A stretch of DNA of 64,000 nucleotides from Candidatus Thermosaccharophagus tengchongensis (GTDB lineage: Bacteria; Armatimonadota; Fervidibacteria; Fervidibacterales; Thermosaccharophagaceae). Both the position numbers and the translations under genes were made by a program. The notes below the pieces were generated by a model. The model was given only the letters and a program-made list of their open reading frames with translations, did no database searches and was not told the origin of the DNA. Each line of letters opens with the position of its first letter. Position 1 is the first letter of the stretch. Below are positions 19,683 through 29,751 of the stretch, in pieces. Location: NCBI GenBank assembly GCA_032161105.1, contig JAVHTD010000009.1; one strand, 5' to 3'.

Positions 19683-20426
19683 GTGCACATTTCAATTGCT
19701 GGGAAGGGTGGCACAGGAAAGACAACATTTGCCGCTCTGCTCATAAAGTGGCTTGCCGAAAATGGCAAAGGACCGATATTGGCGATTGATGCTGACCCAA
19801 ACTCAAACTTAAATGAAGCCCTCGGCATGGAAGTCAACGCATACATTGCCGACATACTCTCGCGGGTGCGCACGGCGGCTCCATCGCCCAACATGCCGAA
19901 GTTGCGCATGATTGAGTATCAACTGCACGAAGTCATCACCGAAGGTGACAAAGTTGACCTGCTTGCAATGGGTGGACCTGAAGGTCCGGGATGCTATTGC
20001 GCTGCCAATCAAATGCTGCGCGATTTCATTGAGCGGCTGCGCCCAAGCTATGCCTATCTCGTGATGGATAACGAAGCCGGGATGGAGCATTTGAGCAGGC
20101 GCGTTGCGCAGGATGTTGACATCCTGTTCATAATGAGCGACCCGACAGTGAAGGGCATACGCTCCTCTGGAAGGATTGCCGCTTTGGCTAAGTCACTTGA
20201 ACTCAGCGTGCGAAGGGTATATCTCGTGCTTAACAGGGCAGGGGAAGATGCGGTTGAAGCGCTCTCCGATGAGATTGAGAAGACGAGATTGGAACTCGCC
20301 GGAGTCATACCTGAGGATGAACTCATCATCAAGTATGACATTGAGGGACGACCGCTGGTGGAGCTCCCGCACGATAGCCTCGCATACAAAGCTGTGCGTG
20401 AGATAGCGCAGAGGGTAATCGGATGA
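19683..20426 (+). CDS. cooC: CooC/AcsF nickel-insertion ATPase
   Basis: GKGGTGKTT, IDADPNSNL, GPGCYC, DNEAGMEHLSR. Confidence 0.92.
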   Translation: MHISIAGKGGTGKTTFAALLIKWLAENGKGPILAIDADPNSNLNEALGMEVNAYIADILSRVRTAAPSPNMPKLRMIEYQLHEVITEGDKVDLLAMGGPEGPGCYCAANQMLRDFIERLRPSYAYLVMDNEAGMEHLSRRVAQDVDILFIMSDPTVKGIRSSGRIAALAKSLELSVRRVYLVLNRAGEDAVEALSDEIEKTRLELAGVIPEDELIIKYDIEGRPLVELPHDSLAYKAVREIAQRVIG

Positions 20427-20704
20427 CCGATGTGTTAAATTGTTCACGATGGCTGTCCCGCTTTGAACTGTCATTTGAGATGCTCAAATGTTAGCCGCAA
20501 GCAATTCGCAACGAGTCGGAACACATCAAGATGCGTCAGGAACGAGGGAGCTTCCATTTGCCATTCACTTATATGGTTGGCAACGGCTGAAGAGCGAGCA
20601 AGCGAGGGTGTATGTTCAATTGCAAGTCCTCACTCCTCATGAGCAGATGCGCTTACATGCCGTTACCTACGAGGCAGCGATGAAATTCGGGAGGGTGAGC
20701 ATCG

Positions 20705-22654
20705 GTGCCGCTCAGGAGGATACGGTTTCTTCCAGAGGGCGTCTCAATCTTCGTTGAAGAGAGCACACCGGTCCTTCTGGCTGCGAGGGATGCCGGCATT
20801 GAAATAGCGAGCGTTTGCGGCGGTCAGGGCACCTGTGGGAAATGCCTTGTGAGGTTGCTCTCGGGCAAGGCGCGCATGACGGAAAGGGTGTCAATGATTA
20901 GTGAAGAGTTGCGTTCAGAGGGATACACGCTCGCATGCCAAACATTCCCAGTTGAGGACTTGGTTGTTGAAGTCCCAGTTGAATCGCGCTTGGCGTTTTC
21001 CGAGGAGGCGATCAAGCACATTGAGCTTGAAGTTCCAGAACACGAAGCCGGGTTAAATGTTTACCCACCGAGCCCGATGGCGATCAAAGTGCATATCAAA
21101 ATGCACCCGCCATCGCTCACCGACAACATCAGCGATTTGACAAGGTTGCTTAATGCCGTGAAGCGAACGCTAAGCGAGAAGCAAGGGCTCACGGGGGCGC
21201 AATTTGACATTGGGCGTCCAATGAGGGCGAGCATCAATGCCCTCCGACAACTGCCATTTGCTGCAAGGGCTGGTGGCTGGGAAGTGACGGTCACTTTGGT
21301 GAACTGCCTTGACTATTGGGAGGTTGTAAGGATAACCCCCGGCGTTGACGAGAGGCATGTTTATGGCGCCGCAATTGATGTGGGAACAACGACAGTCACA
21401 GTTCACATCGTTGACTTGAAAACCTTTGAGACAGTTCAGCGGCTGGCAAAGTATAACGAACAGTTTGTCTTTGGTGAGGATGTGATAAGCCGAATAGCGT
21501 ATGCCTCTCGCAACGCGAATGGCTTGAATGAGCTGCGTGAGGCTGCCTTGAAGACCATCAATTCGCTTCTGAAGCACGCTGTAAGTTCACTTGGCATATC
21601 GCACGATGACATAGCATGTGCAACTGTTGCGGGCAATACCATCATGACGCATCTTTTGCTCGGCATTGACCCAGCGAACATACGCATAGAACCATACATC
21701 CCAGCCGCCACTGTATTCCCACCGCTGAAGGCAAGCGATGCCGGGATCGCCATCCATCAGGATGGATGTGTCCTCATATTTCCATGTGTTGCCAGCTATG
21801 TTGGCGGCGATATTGTGGCTGGCACTCTCATCTCCGGGATGTCACTGCGAGATGAAATCTGCCTTCTGATTGACATGGGGACGAATGGTGAGATGGTTCT
21901 CGGGAACAGGGACTTCATGGTGGCGTGCGCATGCTCCATAGGTCCGGCATTTGAGGGCAGCGGAATAACTTGCGGTATGCGCTCCGTTAGGGGCGCAATA
22001 TCCAGTGTCAGGATTGATCCAAAAAACCTTGATGTGAGCGTTAAAACCATAGGAGATGCAAAGCCGATTGGGATATGCGGCTCTGGGCTTGTTGACCTGC
22101 TCGCCGAAATGAGGCATGCCAACATCATTGACATGGCTGGCAACTTCGCTGAGCGTAATGGCAGCGGGAGGCTGAGGCAGACTGCCGACGGCGATTTGGA
22201 GTTTGTGCTTATGCGCTCAAAAGATGCCGGCATAGCCCGTGACATCACGATAACACAATCGGACATAAAGAACTTGATTCGCTCAAAGGCAGCCGTGTAT
22301 GCCGCGCTCAGGTCCATGCTGAATTCAATCGGGATGGAAGTTAACCAGATAAAGCGCATCTTCGTTGCGGGTGCATTCGGAAGCCATTTGAATGTTCGTG
22401 GGGCGATTGAAATAGGCTTGCTTCCGGACATCGCTGAGGATAGGTTCATCGTGCTCGGCAACAGCTCGGTCAAAGGTGCACGGCTGGCTCTGCTGTCACG
22501 GGCAGCATTTGACGAGGCGCATAGGATCGCATCAAAAATGACATACATTGAGCTAAGCGTTGACCCGGGTTATATGAGCGAGTTCATTTCGGCAAACTTC
22601 ATACCGCACACGGACTTGCGCCAATTCCCATCGGTCAAATTGGATGCGAGGTGA
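20705..22654 (+). CDS. acsV: Reductive activator of corrinoid proteins (RACo/AcsV; 2Fe-2S + ASKHA ATPase)
   Basis: CGGQGTCGKC...LACQ ferredoxin; IDVGTTT, FGEDVISRI, VGGDIVAG, DMGTNGE, GPAFEG, GICGSG, AGAFG. Confidence 0.92.
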   Translation: MPLRRIRFLPEGVSIFVEESTPVLLAARDAGIEIASVCGGQGTCGKCLVRLLSGKARMTERVSMISEELRSEGYTLACQTFPVEDLVVEVPVESRLAFSEEAIKHIELEVPEHEAGLNVYPPSPMAIKVHIKMHPPSLTDNISDLTRLLNAVKRTLSEKQGLTGAQFDIGRPMRASINALRQLPFAARAGGWEVTVTLVNCLDYWEVVRITPGVDERHVYGAAIDVGTTTVTVHIVDLKTFETVQRLAKYNEQFVFGEDVISRIAYASRNANGLNELREAALKTINSLLKHAVSSLGISHDDIACATVAGNTIMTHLLLGIDPANIRIEPYIPAATVFPPLKASDAGIAIHQDGCVLIFPCVASYVGGDIVAGTLISGMSLRDEICLLIDMGTNGEMVLGNRDFMVACACSIGPAFEGSGITCGMRSVRGAISSVRIDPKNLDVSVKTIGDAKPIGICGSGLVDLLAEMRHANIIDMAGNFAERNGSGRLRQTADGDLEFVLMRSKDAGIARDITITQSDIKNLIRSKAAVYAALRSMLNSIGMEVNQIKRIFVAGAFGSHLNVRGAIEIGLLPDIAEDRFIVLGNSSVKGARLALLSRAAFDEAHRIASKMTYIELSVDPGYMSEFISANFIPHTDLRQFPSVKLDAR

Positions 22655-23457
22655 CCGAGTTGAAGTTTGCAATATCAGGGAAGGGCGGCGTTGGCAAAAC
22701 GACGATAGCAGCAGCGCTGTCGCGGATGCTCGTCCTTAACGGCTATACAGTGTATGCGGTTGATGCTGACCCGGATGCTAACCTTGGTATCGCGCTTGGC
22801 TTCCCTCCGGACGAAGTTGATGCGCTTACACCGATAACCGAGCTGAAGGAATTGATCGCGGAGCGGACTGGCGGTGCGGGTCCTTATTTTGTGCTCAATC
22901 CGAGGGTGGACGATGTCATTGAGAAGTTCGTTGTGGCTCGTGAGGGCATCAAGCTGATGCGGATGGGCATGGTTAAGAAGGCGGCTTCAGAATGCTACTG
23001 CCGTGAGAATGCGTTCCTGAGGGCAGTCATTCAAGGGTTGTTAATTGAGAGGGATGAAGTCGTGATCATGGACATGACTGCTGGGATTGAGCATCTGACG
23101 AGGGGCACAGCGATGTATGTTGATGGGATGCTCGTGATAACAGAGCCGACGATTGCGAGCATGCGCACAGCACTAACCGTGTGCACGCTCGCACAGGATT
23201 TGGGCATCAAAGAGGTGGCAATCGTCGGGAACAAGGTGCGCAACAGTGAGGAGGCGAATTCCATTGCATCGTTTATTGAGGGTGAACAAGCGAAGTTGAG
23301 AAAGCCCATTCAGCTGCTGTGCTGCATACCGTTTGATGAGGGCATTTGGGGGAGGGCAGTTGCAAGCGTCCCGAGGGAGAGCGAAATTGATGCCTCGCCA
23401 TTTTGGGGCGCTATAAGGCGCATATGCGATTGGCTCATCGGGTCCGTGATGGGATGA
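22651..23457 (+). CDS. cooC: Second CooC/AcsF-family nickel-insertion ATPase
   Basis: GKGGVGKTT, VDADPDANL, ECYCREN, DMTAGIEHLTRGT; GTGA overlap with acsV. Confidence 0.9.
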   Translation: MTELKFAISGKGGVGKTTIAAALSRMLVLNGYTVYAVDADPDANLGIALGFPPDEVDALTPITELKELIAERTGGAGPYFVLNPRVDDVIEKFVVAREGIKLMRMGMVKKAASECYCRENAFLRAVIQGLLIERDEVVIMDMTAGIEHLTRGTAMYVDGMLVITEPTIASMRTALTVCTLAQDLGIKEVAIVGNKVRNSEEANSIASFIEGEQAKLRKPIQLLCCIPFDEGIWGRAVASVPRESEIDASPFWGAIRRICDWLIGSVMG

Positions 23458-23565
23458 TGATAAGACCTCGCACATAGGACGGCTGTCGCGTTTAATTCCG
23501 CGCTGACCGAACCTGTGAACCAATGCCTTATCGCAGGTTGAATTGCTCACCCTTTTGAGGATGGC

Positions 23566-24237
23566 TTGCAAGTAAGATGGTCGCCTTTGATGGGGTGGTG
23601 CAATTTGCTTCGGAGGGGTTTAGCATCTGCTGCTGCGTTTGTCATTATCGTCGGCATAATGCATTTGCTCCCAAGATGCGCAAAGCGCATTGGCGAGTAT
23701 TACATCGTCACATCGGTCATTGACGGTGACACCGTGCAACTTTCAAGGGGGCAGATTGTGCGCTACATAGGCATTGATGCGCCAGAGCGTGATCAGCCGT
23801 TCTACTTGGAGGCGAAGCGAGCCAATGAAAAGCTGGTGCTTAAAAAGAGGGTGCGCCTTGAGTTTGATGTGCAGAGGCAAGACCGCTACGGTAGATGGCT
23901 CGCCTATGTGTTCGTCAGAAGGGGTGGTAGGGAAATATTCGTCAACGCTGAGTTAATCAAAGACGGCTATGCTACTGCGTATACAGTGCCGCCGAATGTG
24001 AAATACGCCGACCTGTTTGTGAGGCTTCAGCGTGCGGCAATTGAAGGTGAAAAGGGGCTGTGGAAGGGGCAAAGCGAGAAGGTGGCGAGATACATCGGCA
24101 ACAGGAGGACATTCACATTTCACCGTCCGACATGCGTGTATGGCAAATCCATCTCGCCATCAAACCGCGTCATCTTCCGAAGTCGCAAAGCAGCGCTGAA
24201 AGCTGGATATAGACCCTGCAAGGTGTGCCGACCGTGA
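23566..24237 (+). CDS. Thermonuclease (SNase) family protein with C-terminal Ada-type metal-binding domain
   Basis: VIDGDT, VRYIGIDAPE, DRYGRWLAYV, GLW; FHRPTC...AGYRPCKVCRP; N-terminal TM. Confidence 0.9.
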   Translation: MQVRWSPLMGWCNLLRRGLASAAAFVIIVGIMHLLPRCAKRIGEYYIVTSVIDGDTVQLSRGQIVRYIGIDAPERDQPFYLEAKRANEKLVLKKRVRLEFDVQRQDRYGRWLAYVFVRRGGREIFVNAELIKDGYATAYTVPPNVKYADLFVRLQRAAIEGEKGLWKGQSEKVARYIGNRRTFTFHRPTCVYGKSISPSNRVIFRSRKAALKAGYRPCKVCRP

Positions 24238-24377
24238 AGAGTGAGAGTTGACTCACGATGCTCAGTTTATTGTGATGCCAACCCTTTGTGGCAAACACTT
24301 AGTGGGAGTGTTTGATGAGCGGTGCGCGAACCAAACAGCGCCAAGCATGTTAGCGCTCAAATTGATGGGGAGATGAG

Positions 24378-25352
24378 GTGGTGACATGCAGCATGGCAGC
24401 CGTGAGAAGGTCTATTAATGTGACGGTGCGCTGCGCCGCGAAGGTGAATCTTTTCCTTGACATACGCGGCAAGCGTCCCGATGGATACCATGACATTGTC
24501 AACGTGATGTGTCCGATTGATTTGCGTGACACACTTATCGCAACTCCGCTGCCGCCAGAGGAAGGATTCAAGATCATCATCAACAATGCCAACATCCCAA
24601 GCGGTGAGGAGAACACGGTTTGGAAGGCTTCCGAGGCGCTCGCAAGAGCTGCGAATGTCCCGATGTGCGCACTGATCAGGCTATACAAGCAAATACCGGT
24701 AGCAGCTGGGCTTGGTGGCGGGAGCTCTGATGCAGCTGGTGCACTTATAGCTTTGAACAAGCTTTGGAACTTGGGTTACAAGCAATCCGAGCTCGTAGAG
24801 ATTGCGAAGTCAATTGGCGCTGATGTCCCATTCTTCCTTCACGGCGGTTGGGCGCTCGTGGAGGGCTACGGGGATGTGATTGTCCCTTTGAACATCAAGG
24901 TGCAGCTTTGGATGCTCCTCGTGAAGCCGCCAATTGAGGTCCCAACTTCGTGGGCGTATAAAGTTTGGGACTCAAAAGGTAAACCAGAGAACCGTGATCC
25001 GACGCCGTTGATTGAGGCGTTGCAGCGCGGCGACTTAAGCGCTATTGGGGAGCACATTTACAATGCCTTTGAGAAAGTCGTCTCGGAAACGCACACGGAG
25101 ATAAGCTATCTCAAGAAGTTGCTCATGCGCACCGAACCATTGGGGGTTGTCATGAGCGGCAGCGGTCCGACAATAGCTGCACTCTTTGCGAGCAAGAAGG
25201 ATGTGGAGGACGCAAAGCAAAAGTTCAGCGAGGAGTTGCGCCGATGTTATGAAGGCAGCAGCTTGCTCCCAAGCGGCGCTGAAGTTAGCGACAGTGTCTG
25301 GATGGCTGTCGCATCGGTTACACAACGGAGTTTGATAACACGGATAACATAG
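24378..25352 (+). CDS. ispE: 4-diphosphocytidyl-2-C-methyl-D-erythritol kinase
   Basis: AKVNLFLDI.GKRPDGYH, KQIPVAAGLGGGSSDAA, IGADVPFF, MSGSGPT. Confidence 0.95.
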   Translation: MVTCSMAAVRRSINVTVRCAAKVNLFLDIRGKRPDGYHDIVNVMCPIDLRDTLIATPLPPEEGFKIIINNANIPSGEENTVWKASEALARAANVPMCALIRLYKQIPVAAGLGGGSSDAAGALIALNKLWNLGYKQSELVEIAKSIGADVPFFLHGGWALVEGYGDVIVPLNIKVQLWMLLVKPPIEVPTSWAYKVWDSKGKPENRDPTPLIEALQRGDLSAIGEHIYNAFEKVVSETHTEISYLKKLLMRTEPLGVVMSGSGPTIAALFASKKDVEDAKQKFSEELRRCYEGSSLLPSGAEVSDSVWMAVASVTQRSLITRIT

Positions 25353-25357
25353 GGGCG

Positions 25358-26356
25358 TTGAAGATGAGCGTGGGCAACAAGAGCGCATACGAGAATCTCG
25401 CTGAAGCAGTTGACTCACTTGAAGTTGGCGGTGAAGGGCATAGCAAGGCGGTAGCTCGTTGGGCGACATTGATTGCAGTTGAGCAACAGCTGCCAAGCCA
25501 ACTTGTAAGCATCGTTGAGCGCGCCGGTCTGTTGCACGACATTGGGAAAGTGGAGCTCCCAAAGGAGTTGCTCAACAAGCCTGACAGGTTAACGCGGGGG
25601 GAGTTTGAGCTTGTCAAACAGCACACTACCATAGGCGCGCGCATAGCAAAGGCGCTCCCGTCAGCAAGCGATGCTGCGGATGCCATTGAGCATCACCACG
25701 AACGGTGGGACGGAAAAGGCTATCCGCACGGTAAGCACGGCGTTGGGATCCCAATTGAGGGGCGCATAATTGCCGCTGCAGAGGCATTCGCATCAATGAC
25801 ACGACCTGTGCCATACCGCCAACCGCTCACCCTCTCACAAGCGCTTGATAGGCTTAAATGGGCTGCGCATGCGCAGCTTGACCCGCAGGTGGTCAGGGCG
25901 CTGATCAAAGCTGTAGAGCGCTCAATACCGGCGCATATGATGGGGGATTACTTATCAACGCCGCTTGAAGTGGTTATCTCATCCGAGACAGCGAGGTTGA
26001 AAAGCGCCTTCACCGGGTTAGGGCAGCAGCTATTGTGGACTGCAAAAAGGCTGCTCGGGGAGGCGTTAATGCAGCACCTCGCTCAAAAGTTGAATGAGGC
26101 ATTGGTGAGGGATGGAATACCGGTCAGCATTAGCGGCGCTCAAATCGTTGACGAAATACCGTGGGTGATCGCTTTAGAGGAGAGAGCCAAGGTTTACCGA
26201 AACGCCTTGTGGCATATAGCGTCAACGCTGTCAAAGATCTTCGGTGATGCTTTTGTCGCTCAATTGCTCAAAAGGTTTGCGGAGGCTCTCCCGGAGGAGC
26301 TTCGTGAGATATGCTCTCAGTATGAGTTACATCCGGTGTTGGCTCACGCCGCTTGA
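25358..26356 (+). CDS. HD-GYP domain protein with helical C-terminal extension
   Basis: GHSKAVA, LLHDIGK, HHHERWDGKGYP, QLDPQVV. Confidence 0.85.
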   Translation: MKMSVGNKSAYENLAEAVDSLEVGGEGHSKAVARWATLIAVEQQLPSQLVSIVERAGLLHDIGKVELPKELLNKPDRLTRGEFELVKQHTTIGARIAKALPSASDAADAIEHHHERWDGKGYPHGKHGVGIPIEGRIIAAAEAFASMTRPVPYRQPLTLSQALDRLKWAAHAQLDPQVVRALIKAVERSIPAHMMGDYLSTPLEVVISSETARLKSAFTGLGQQLLWTAKRLLGEALMQHLAQKLNEALVRDGIPVSISGAQIVDEIPWVIALEERAKVYRNALWHIASTLSKIFGDAFVAQLLKRFAEALPEELREICSQYELHPVLAHAA

Positions 26357-26366
26357 GGTGATCCAT

Positions 26367-26810
26367 GTGACACCTTGGAGTATCACAATTGGATTGCTCA
26401 CCATCGCCACCTTCTTTCTCTCCATCTTTGCAGCCATACTTTGTGCCGAACTCTATTTGCTGCTGAGCACCGGCATGCTCGGTAAAATGTGGCGCATGTT
26501 CACACTCTCCGTGATGATATTTGCCATAGCCGAGATAGTTTCCTTCAGTGAGGCAGTGGGGCTCATAAGGATTTATGGATTGTCTCAGTTTTTGAGGGTC
26601 ACCTTCTTGGCGCTCTTTTGCATTGGCTTCTGGCAGCAGCGTCAGGCATTCGTGAAGGCGCTCGGAATAAAGCATAGCAGCATGGTGCTGCACATCCTCT
26701 CAGCCAAGCTCTTTGCGCATCGGCGCCGAATTAATGTTGCCGAGTTAAATGGAGTGGATAAACCGCAGGGGAAGCAAGTTCAGAGGGCGTCGGGCAACGG
26801 CAGCAAGTAA
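26367..26810 (+). CDS. Small membrane protein (about 3-4 TM), function unknown
   Basis: SD GAGGTGA overlapping the HD-GYP stop, GTG 26367; successive hydrophobic segments. Confidence 0.6.
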   Translation: MTPWSITIGLLTIATFFLSIFAAILCAELYLLLSTGMLGKMWRMFTLSVMIFAIAEIVSFSEAVGLIRIYGLSQFLRVTFLALFCIGFWQQRQAFVKALGIKHSSMVLHILSAKLFAHRRRINVAELNGVDKPQGKQVQRASGNGSK

Positions 26811-26839
26811 GCATTTGCGCTCAAAATCAAAGCGCCCAA

Positions 26840-27229
26840 TTATGCCGTTCGGCAGGCAGTGACTTTCGGCAAGTGAACGAATAGCATGCGGCGCCTCTCA
26901 TCCATGGTTGCGTATCCATGCGAAGCGTCAACTTCAATTGGCAATCTCCTCGTATGGCGCACCGTCACGCTTATCATCAATGCTGTGCTGTGCTGGCGAC
27001 GGGCAAACTGATGTAAGAGGATGACGCTTCCGCTCGCCTCCACGACAACCGATGTTGATGATGCCCTGATGCGAGCGAAGTTAAAAACACCGCGTGGCAT
27101 CGGGAAAGCTATGACGATATGATCATCGCTCTCAAGCACCGTTGCAAGCGACCTTTTAATGATGCGTCGCGTGATCGTCCTTTGGCGATTTAACTTGCCG
27201 CAGCACAATGCGCTGCGAAGCCTCTCCAT
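26840..27229 (-). CDS. Divergent Hsp20/alpha-crystallin-like protein
   Basis: LESDDHIVIAFPMP and RRLPIEVD....ATMD...MLFVHLPK resemble the Hsp20 beta-sandwich pattern. Confidence 0.4.
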   Translation of the reverse strand: MERLRSALCCGKLNRQRTITRRIIKRSLATVLESDDHIVIAFPMPRGVFNFARIRASSTSVVVEASGSVILLHQFARRQHSTALMISVTVRHTRRLPIEVDASHGYATMDERRRMLFVHLPKVTACRTA

Positions 27230-27345
27230 AAGGCAAATCACCGATGAGAGGGAAAAAGCTGCCGCCCGCATAAGTGATGTAATAACGCTCATTGCCACCG
27301 CTCTCACCGCAAGCCCCCACCTTGGGCAGTTATTCCAACAGGATG

Positions 27346-28440
27346 TCAGACACGCTCACTTTGTGCGGAACTCATCATTGCAAGCTGCTGGTTCATCTCG
27401 TGCCTGCGCAGGGCATTGATTATCTCATCAAGTTCCCCATCAAGCACCTCTTGCAAGTTGTATACCGTCAATCCTATCCTGTGGTCGGTCACTCTATTCT
27501 GAGGGAAATTATATGTGCGCGTCTTTTCGCTCCTGTCGCCAGTCCCTATCTGCGCCTTGCGAACTTGCGTCATCTTTTGCTCCTGCTCTCGGCGCATCAT
27601 CTCAATCAGCTTCGCTCTGAGTATCCTCAAGGCGCGCATCTTATTCTGATACTGCGAGCGTTGGTCTTGGCAGACGACAACTATGCCTGTAGGCTTATGC
27701 CTTATTCGCACAGCTGTTTCGTTCTTCTGCATATGTTGTCCACCCGGCCCGGAGGAGAGCATCGTTTCAATCTCCAAATCGTCCTCATCAATCTGGACAT
27801 CAACTTCATCGGGCTCTGGCAATATGGCGACTGTGGCGGTTGATGTGTGAATTCTTCCGCTTGATTCCGTAATGGGTATGCGCTGAACCCTGTGCACACC
27901 GCTCTCATACTTCAAGTTGCGCCAGACATCTTTGCCGCTGATGGCTAAGATGACTTCCTTGAACCCGCCGAGCTCCGTCGGGTGGGAATGGAACACTTCA
28001 ACCTTCCAGCCCTTTCGCTCAGCATACTTGGTATACATGCGAAAGAGATCGGCAGCGAATAATGCAGCTTCTTCACCGCCGGCGCCAGCCCGTATTTCCA
28101 TAATGACCGTCTTGCCCTCGTTTGGGTCCTTTGGGAGCAGCTCCTCAATCAGCTCCATCTCAAGCTGCTCAACCTGAGGGCTTATCCGCTCCACCTCCTC
28201 TTGGGCGAGCTGGCGCAACTCCTCATCCTCTTCAACTTCAAGTAGCCCCTTTGCCTCCTCCAAGCGGCGCTTGAGCTCACTGTAGCGCCTATACTTTTCA
28301 ACGAGCGGATAAATTTCGCTGTAGCGTTTTAGGAGCGATTGAAGCCGCTCTTTATCGGAAGCAGTTTGTGAGTCCGATAGCTCCCTCTCTATCTGTATTA
28401 GCTCAGCCTCAAGCTGCTCCAACTTCTCAAACATACTCAT
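27346..28440 (-). CDS. prfA: Peptide chain release factor 1
   Basis: GGEEAALF, ESGVHRVQRIPITE (PxT specificity motif), GPGGQ, RTYNFPQNRVTDHR. Confidence 0.97.
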   Translation of the reverse strand: MSMFEKLEQLEAELIQIERELSDSQTASDKERLQSLLKRYSEIYPLVEKYRRYSELKRRLEEAKGLLEVEEDEELRQLAQEEVERISPQVEQLEMELIEELLPKDPNEGKTVIMEIRAGAGGEEAALFAADLFRMYTKYAERKGWKVEVFHSHPTELGGFKEVILAISGKDVWRNLKYESGVHRVQRIPITESSGRIHTSTATVAILPEPDEVDVQIDEDDLEIETMLSSGPGGQHMQKNETAVRIRHKPTGIVVVCQDQRSQYQNKMRALRILRAKLIEMMRREQEQKMTQVRKAQIGTGDRSEKTRTYNFPQNRVTDHRIGLTVYNLQEVLDGELDEIINALRRHEMNQQLAMMSSAQSERV

Positions 28441-29423
28441 CGCTCCTCCGAATGCTGATTGTGACCTTTACAACGATTGTCCGTCACCTCGTCATCCATG
28501 TTCCCCTGCGAAGTTGCTGCTTCGCTTTGCAACAGTGAACTCAGCGCAGCCAATGCCACTTCCAATTGTTGCACTGATGGCTCTGCCGTTGTCAGCCGTT
28601 GGACTTGCATTCCAAGGGCGTTTATCACCTTTGCCCATGTTGCCCCCTTTAGCGTCCCAGCGATGATAGCTTCGTAAGATAAACTCGCAACGGCGGGCAA
28701 AAGCAGGAGGCGCCCAATCAACCTAATCGGTATGCTCGTCCAAGGAACGAACGAAAAGAGCACCATAGCGACTATGAACACGGTGAGCATAAATGTCGTC
28801 CCACATCGCCCATGCAATCTCGGTTGGCGAATCAATTCATCAACAGTTAGCTCACTACCGCTCTCGTAGGCGTTTATTGCCTTGTGCTCAGCACCATGAT
28901 ATGCGAAATAGCGGCGCATCGCTGGGAGCAGACGAACCATAAGGACAAAAGCGATGAACACAAGCAGGCGCATTATGCCCTCAACCAAATTCAACGCAAA
29001 GTGAGCTGCGCTATACAAGCGCACCGGAGCACTGCCGTATAACGAAGCACAGCGCAGGGCATCGGCAAGCATGTGCGGTATAACCACGAACATGGAAAAG
29101 CTGACCGCCAACCCTATGGGGAGTTCTATGGCAAAGATTGTGCGATGGGATAACCGCTGCCTTTTCCCAGCTAACTCAAGTGACTCACGCAAGCCATAAA
29201 AGCCGCAAGACACCGCCTCATAGAGCGCAACGATGCCGCGCGCAAATGGAACTCGCATCCACCTCCATAATAGCTGTCCACATTTTGCTCCCCTAACCGA
29301 AGTGATGATTGAGCCGTTGGCAGCGCGCACGGCAATGGCAACAAAGCTTTGACTGTGCATCATCACGCCCTCGTAGACAGCTTGTCCGGCAATGATGACC
29401 CTCACACTGTCACCGCCCCCCAA
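28437..29423 (-). CDS. DUF1385 membrane protein
   Basis: GQAVYEGVMM, YHGAEHKAINAYE, RCGTTF, QRLTTAEP; typical rpmE-prfA context. Confidence 0.9.
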   Translation of the reverse strand: MGGGDSVRVIIAGQAVYEGVMMHSQSFVAIAVRAANGSIITSVRGAKCGQLLWRWMRVPFARGIVALYEAVSCGFYGLRESLELAGKRQRLSHRTIFAIELPIGLAVSFSMFVVIPHMLADALRCASLYGSAPVRLYSAAHFALNLVEGIMRLLVFIAFVLMVRLLPAMRRYFAYHGAEHKAINAYESGSELTVDELIRQPRLHGRCGTTFMLTVFIVAMVLFSFVPWTSIPIRLIGRLLLLPAVASLSYEAIIAGTLKGATWAKVINALGMQVQRLTTAEPSVQQLEVALAALSSLLQSEAATSQGNMDDEVTDNRCKGHNQHSEER

Positions 29424-29439
29424 GAGCCCGCATCTTAAG

Positions 29440-29691
29440 CTATGCTTTCTCCTGCTGCTTGGTTGAGCGCTGCGCTTTCCTCTGAGCAGCTCTCAACCTT
29501 TGCTGGAAGCGCTCAACACGCCCAAGCGTATCAACCAACCTTTGACCACTTAACTGCCCAGTGTATATCGGGTGGCACTGTGAGCAGACCTCAATGTGCA
29601 ATACTGGTTTTGTTGAGCGCGTCTTGAACGAATGCCCGCAGGCGCATATCACGGTGCATTCAACATACTCCGGATGGATGCCCTTCTTCAT
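29440..29691 (-). CDS. rpmE: 50S ribosomal protein L31 (Zn-binding type)
   Basis: [29 protein letters not shown]. Confidence 0.97.
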   Translation of the reverse strand: MKKGIHPEYVECTVICACGHSFKTRSTKPVLHIEVCSQCHPIYTGQLSGQRLVDTLGRVERFQQRLRAAQRKAQRSTKQQEKA

Positions 29692-29751
29692 AGCGTGAGA
29701 ACCCCCTTCAAAGTGGAAGGATTACCCAAAGGGAGCAGTTGTCCCTAACCG

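Noticed and set aside
20488..20757. 89-aa ORF between cooC and acsV
   Set aside because: No clear SD or motif, and it overlaps the acsV start out of frame; likely spurious
23566..24237. Nuclease as part of a defence system or the acs operon
   Set aside because: Ordinary membrane-anchored SNase plus Ada-type domain; no defence partners; separated from cooC by about 100 nt
26840..27307. Arg-rich ORF as RNase P protein (rnpA)
   Set aside because: No RNR motif; C-terminal pattern fits an Hsp20-like fold better
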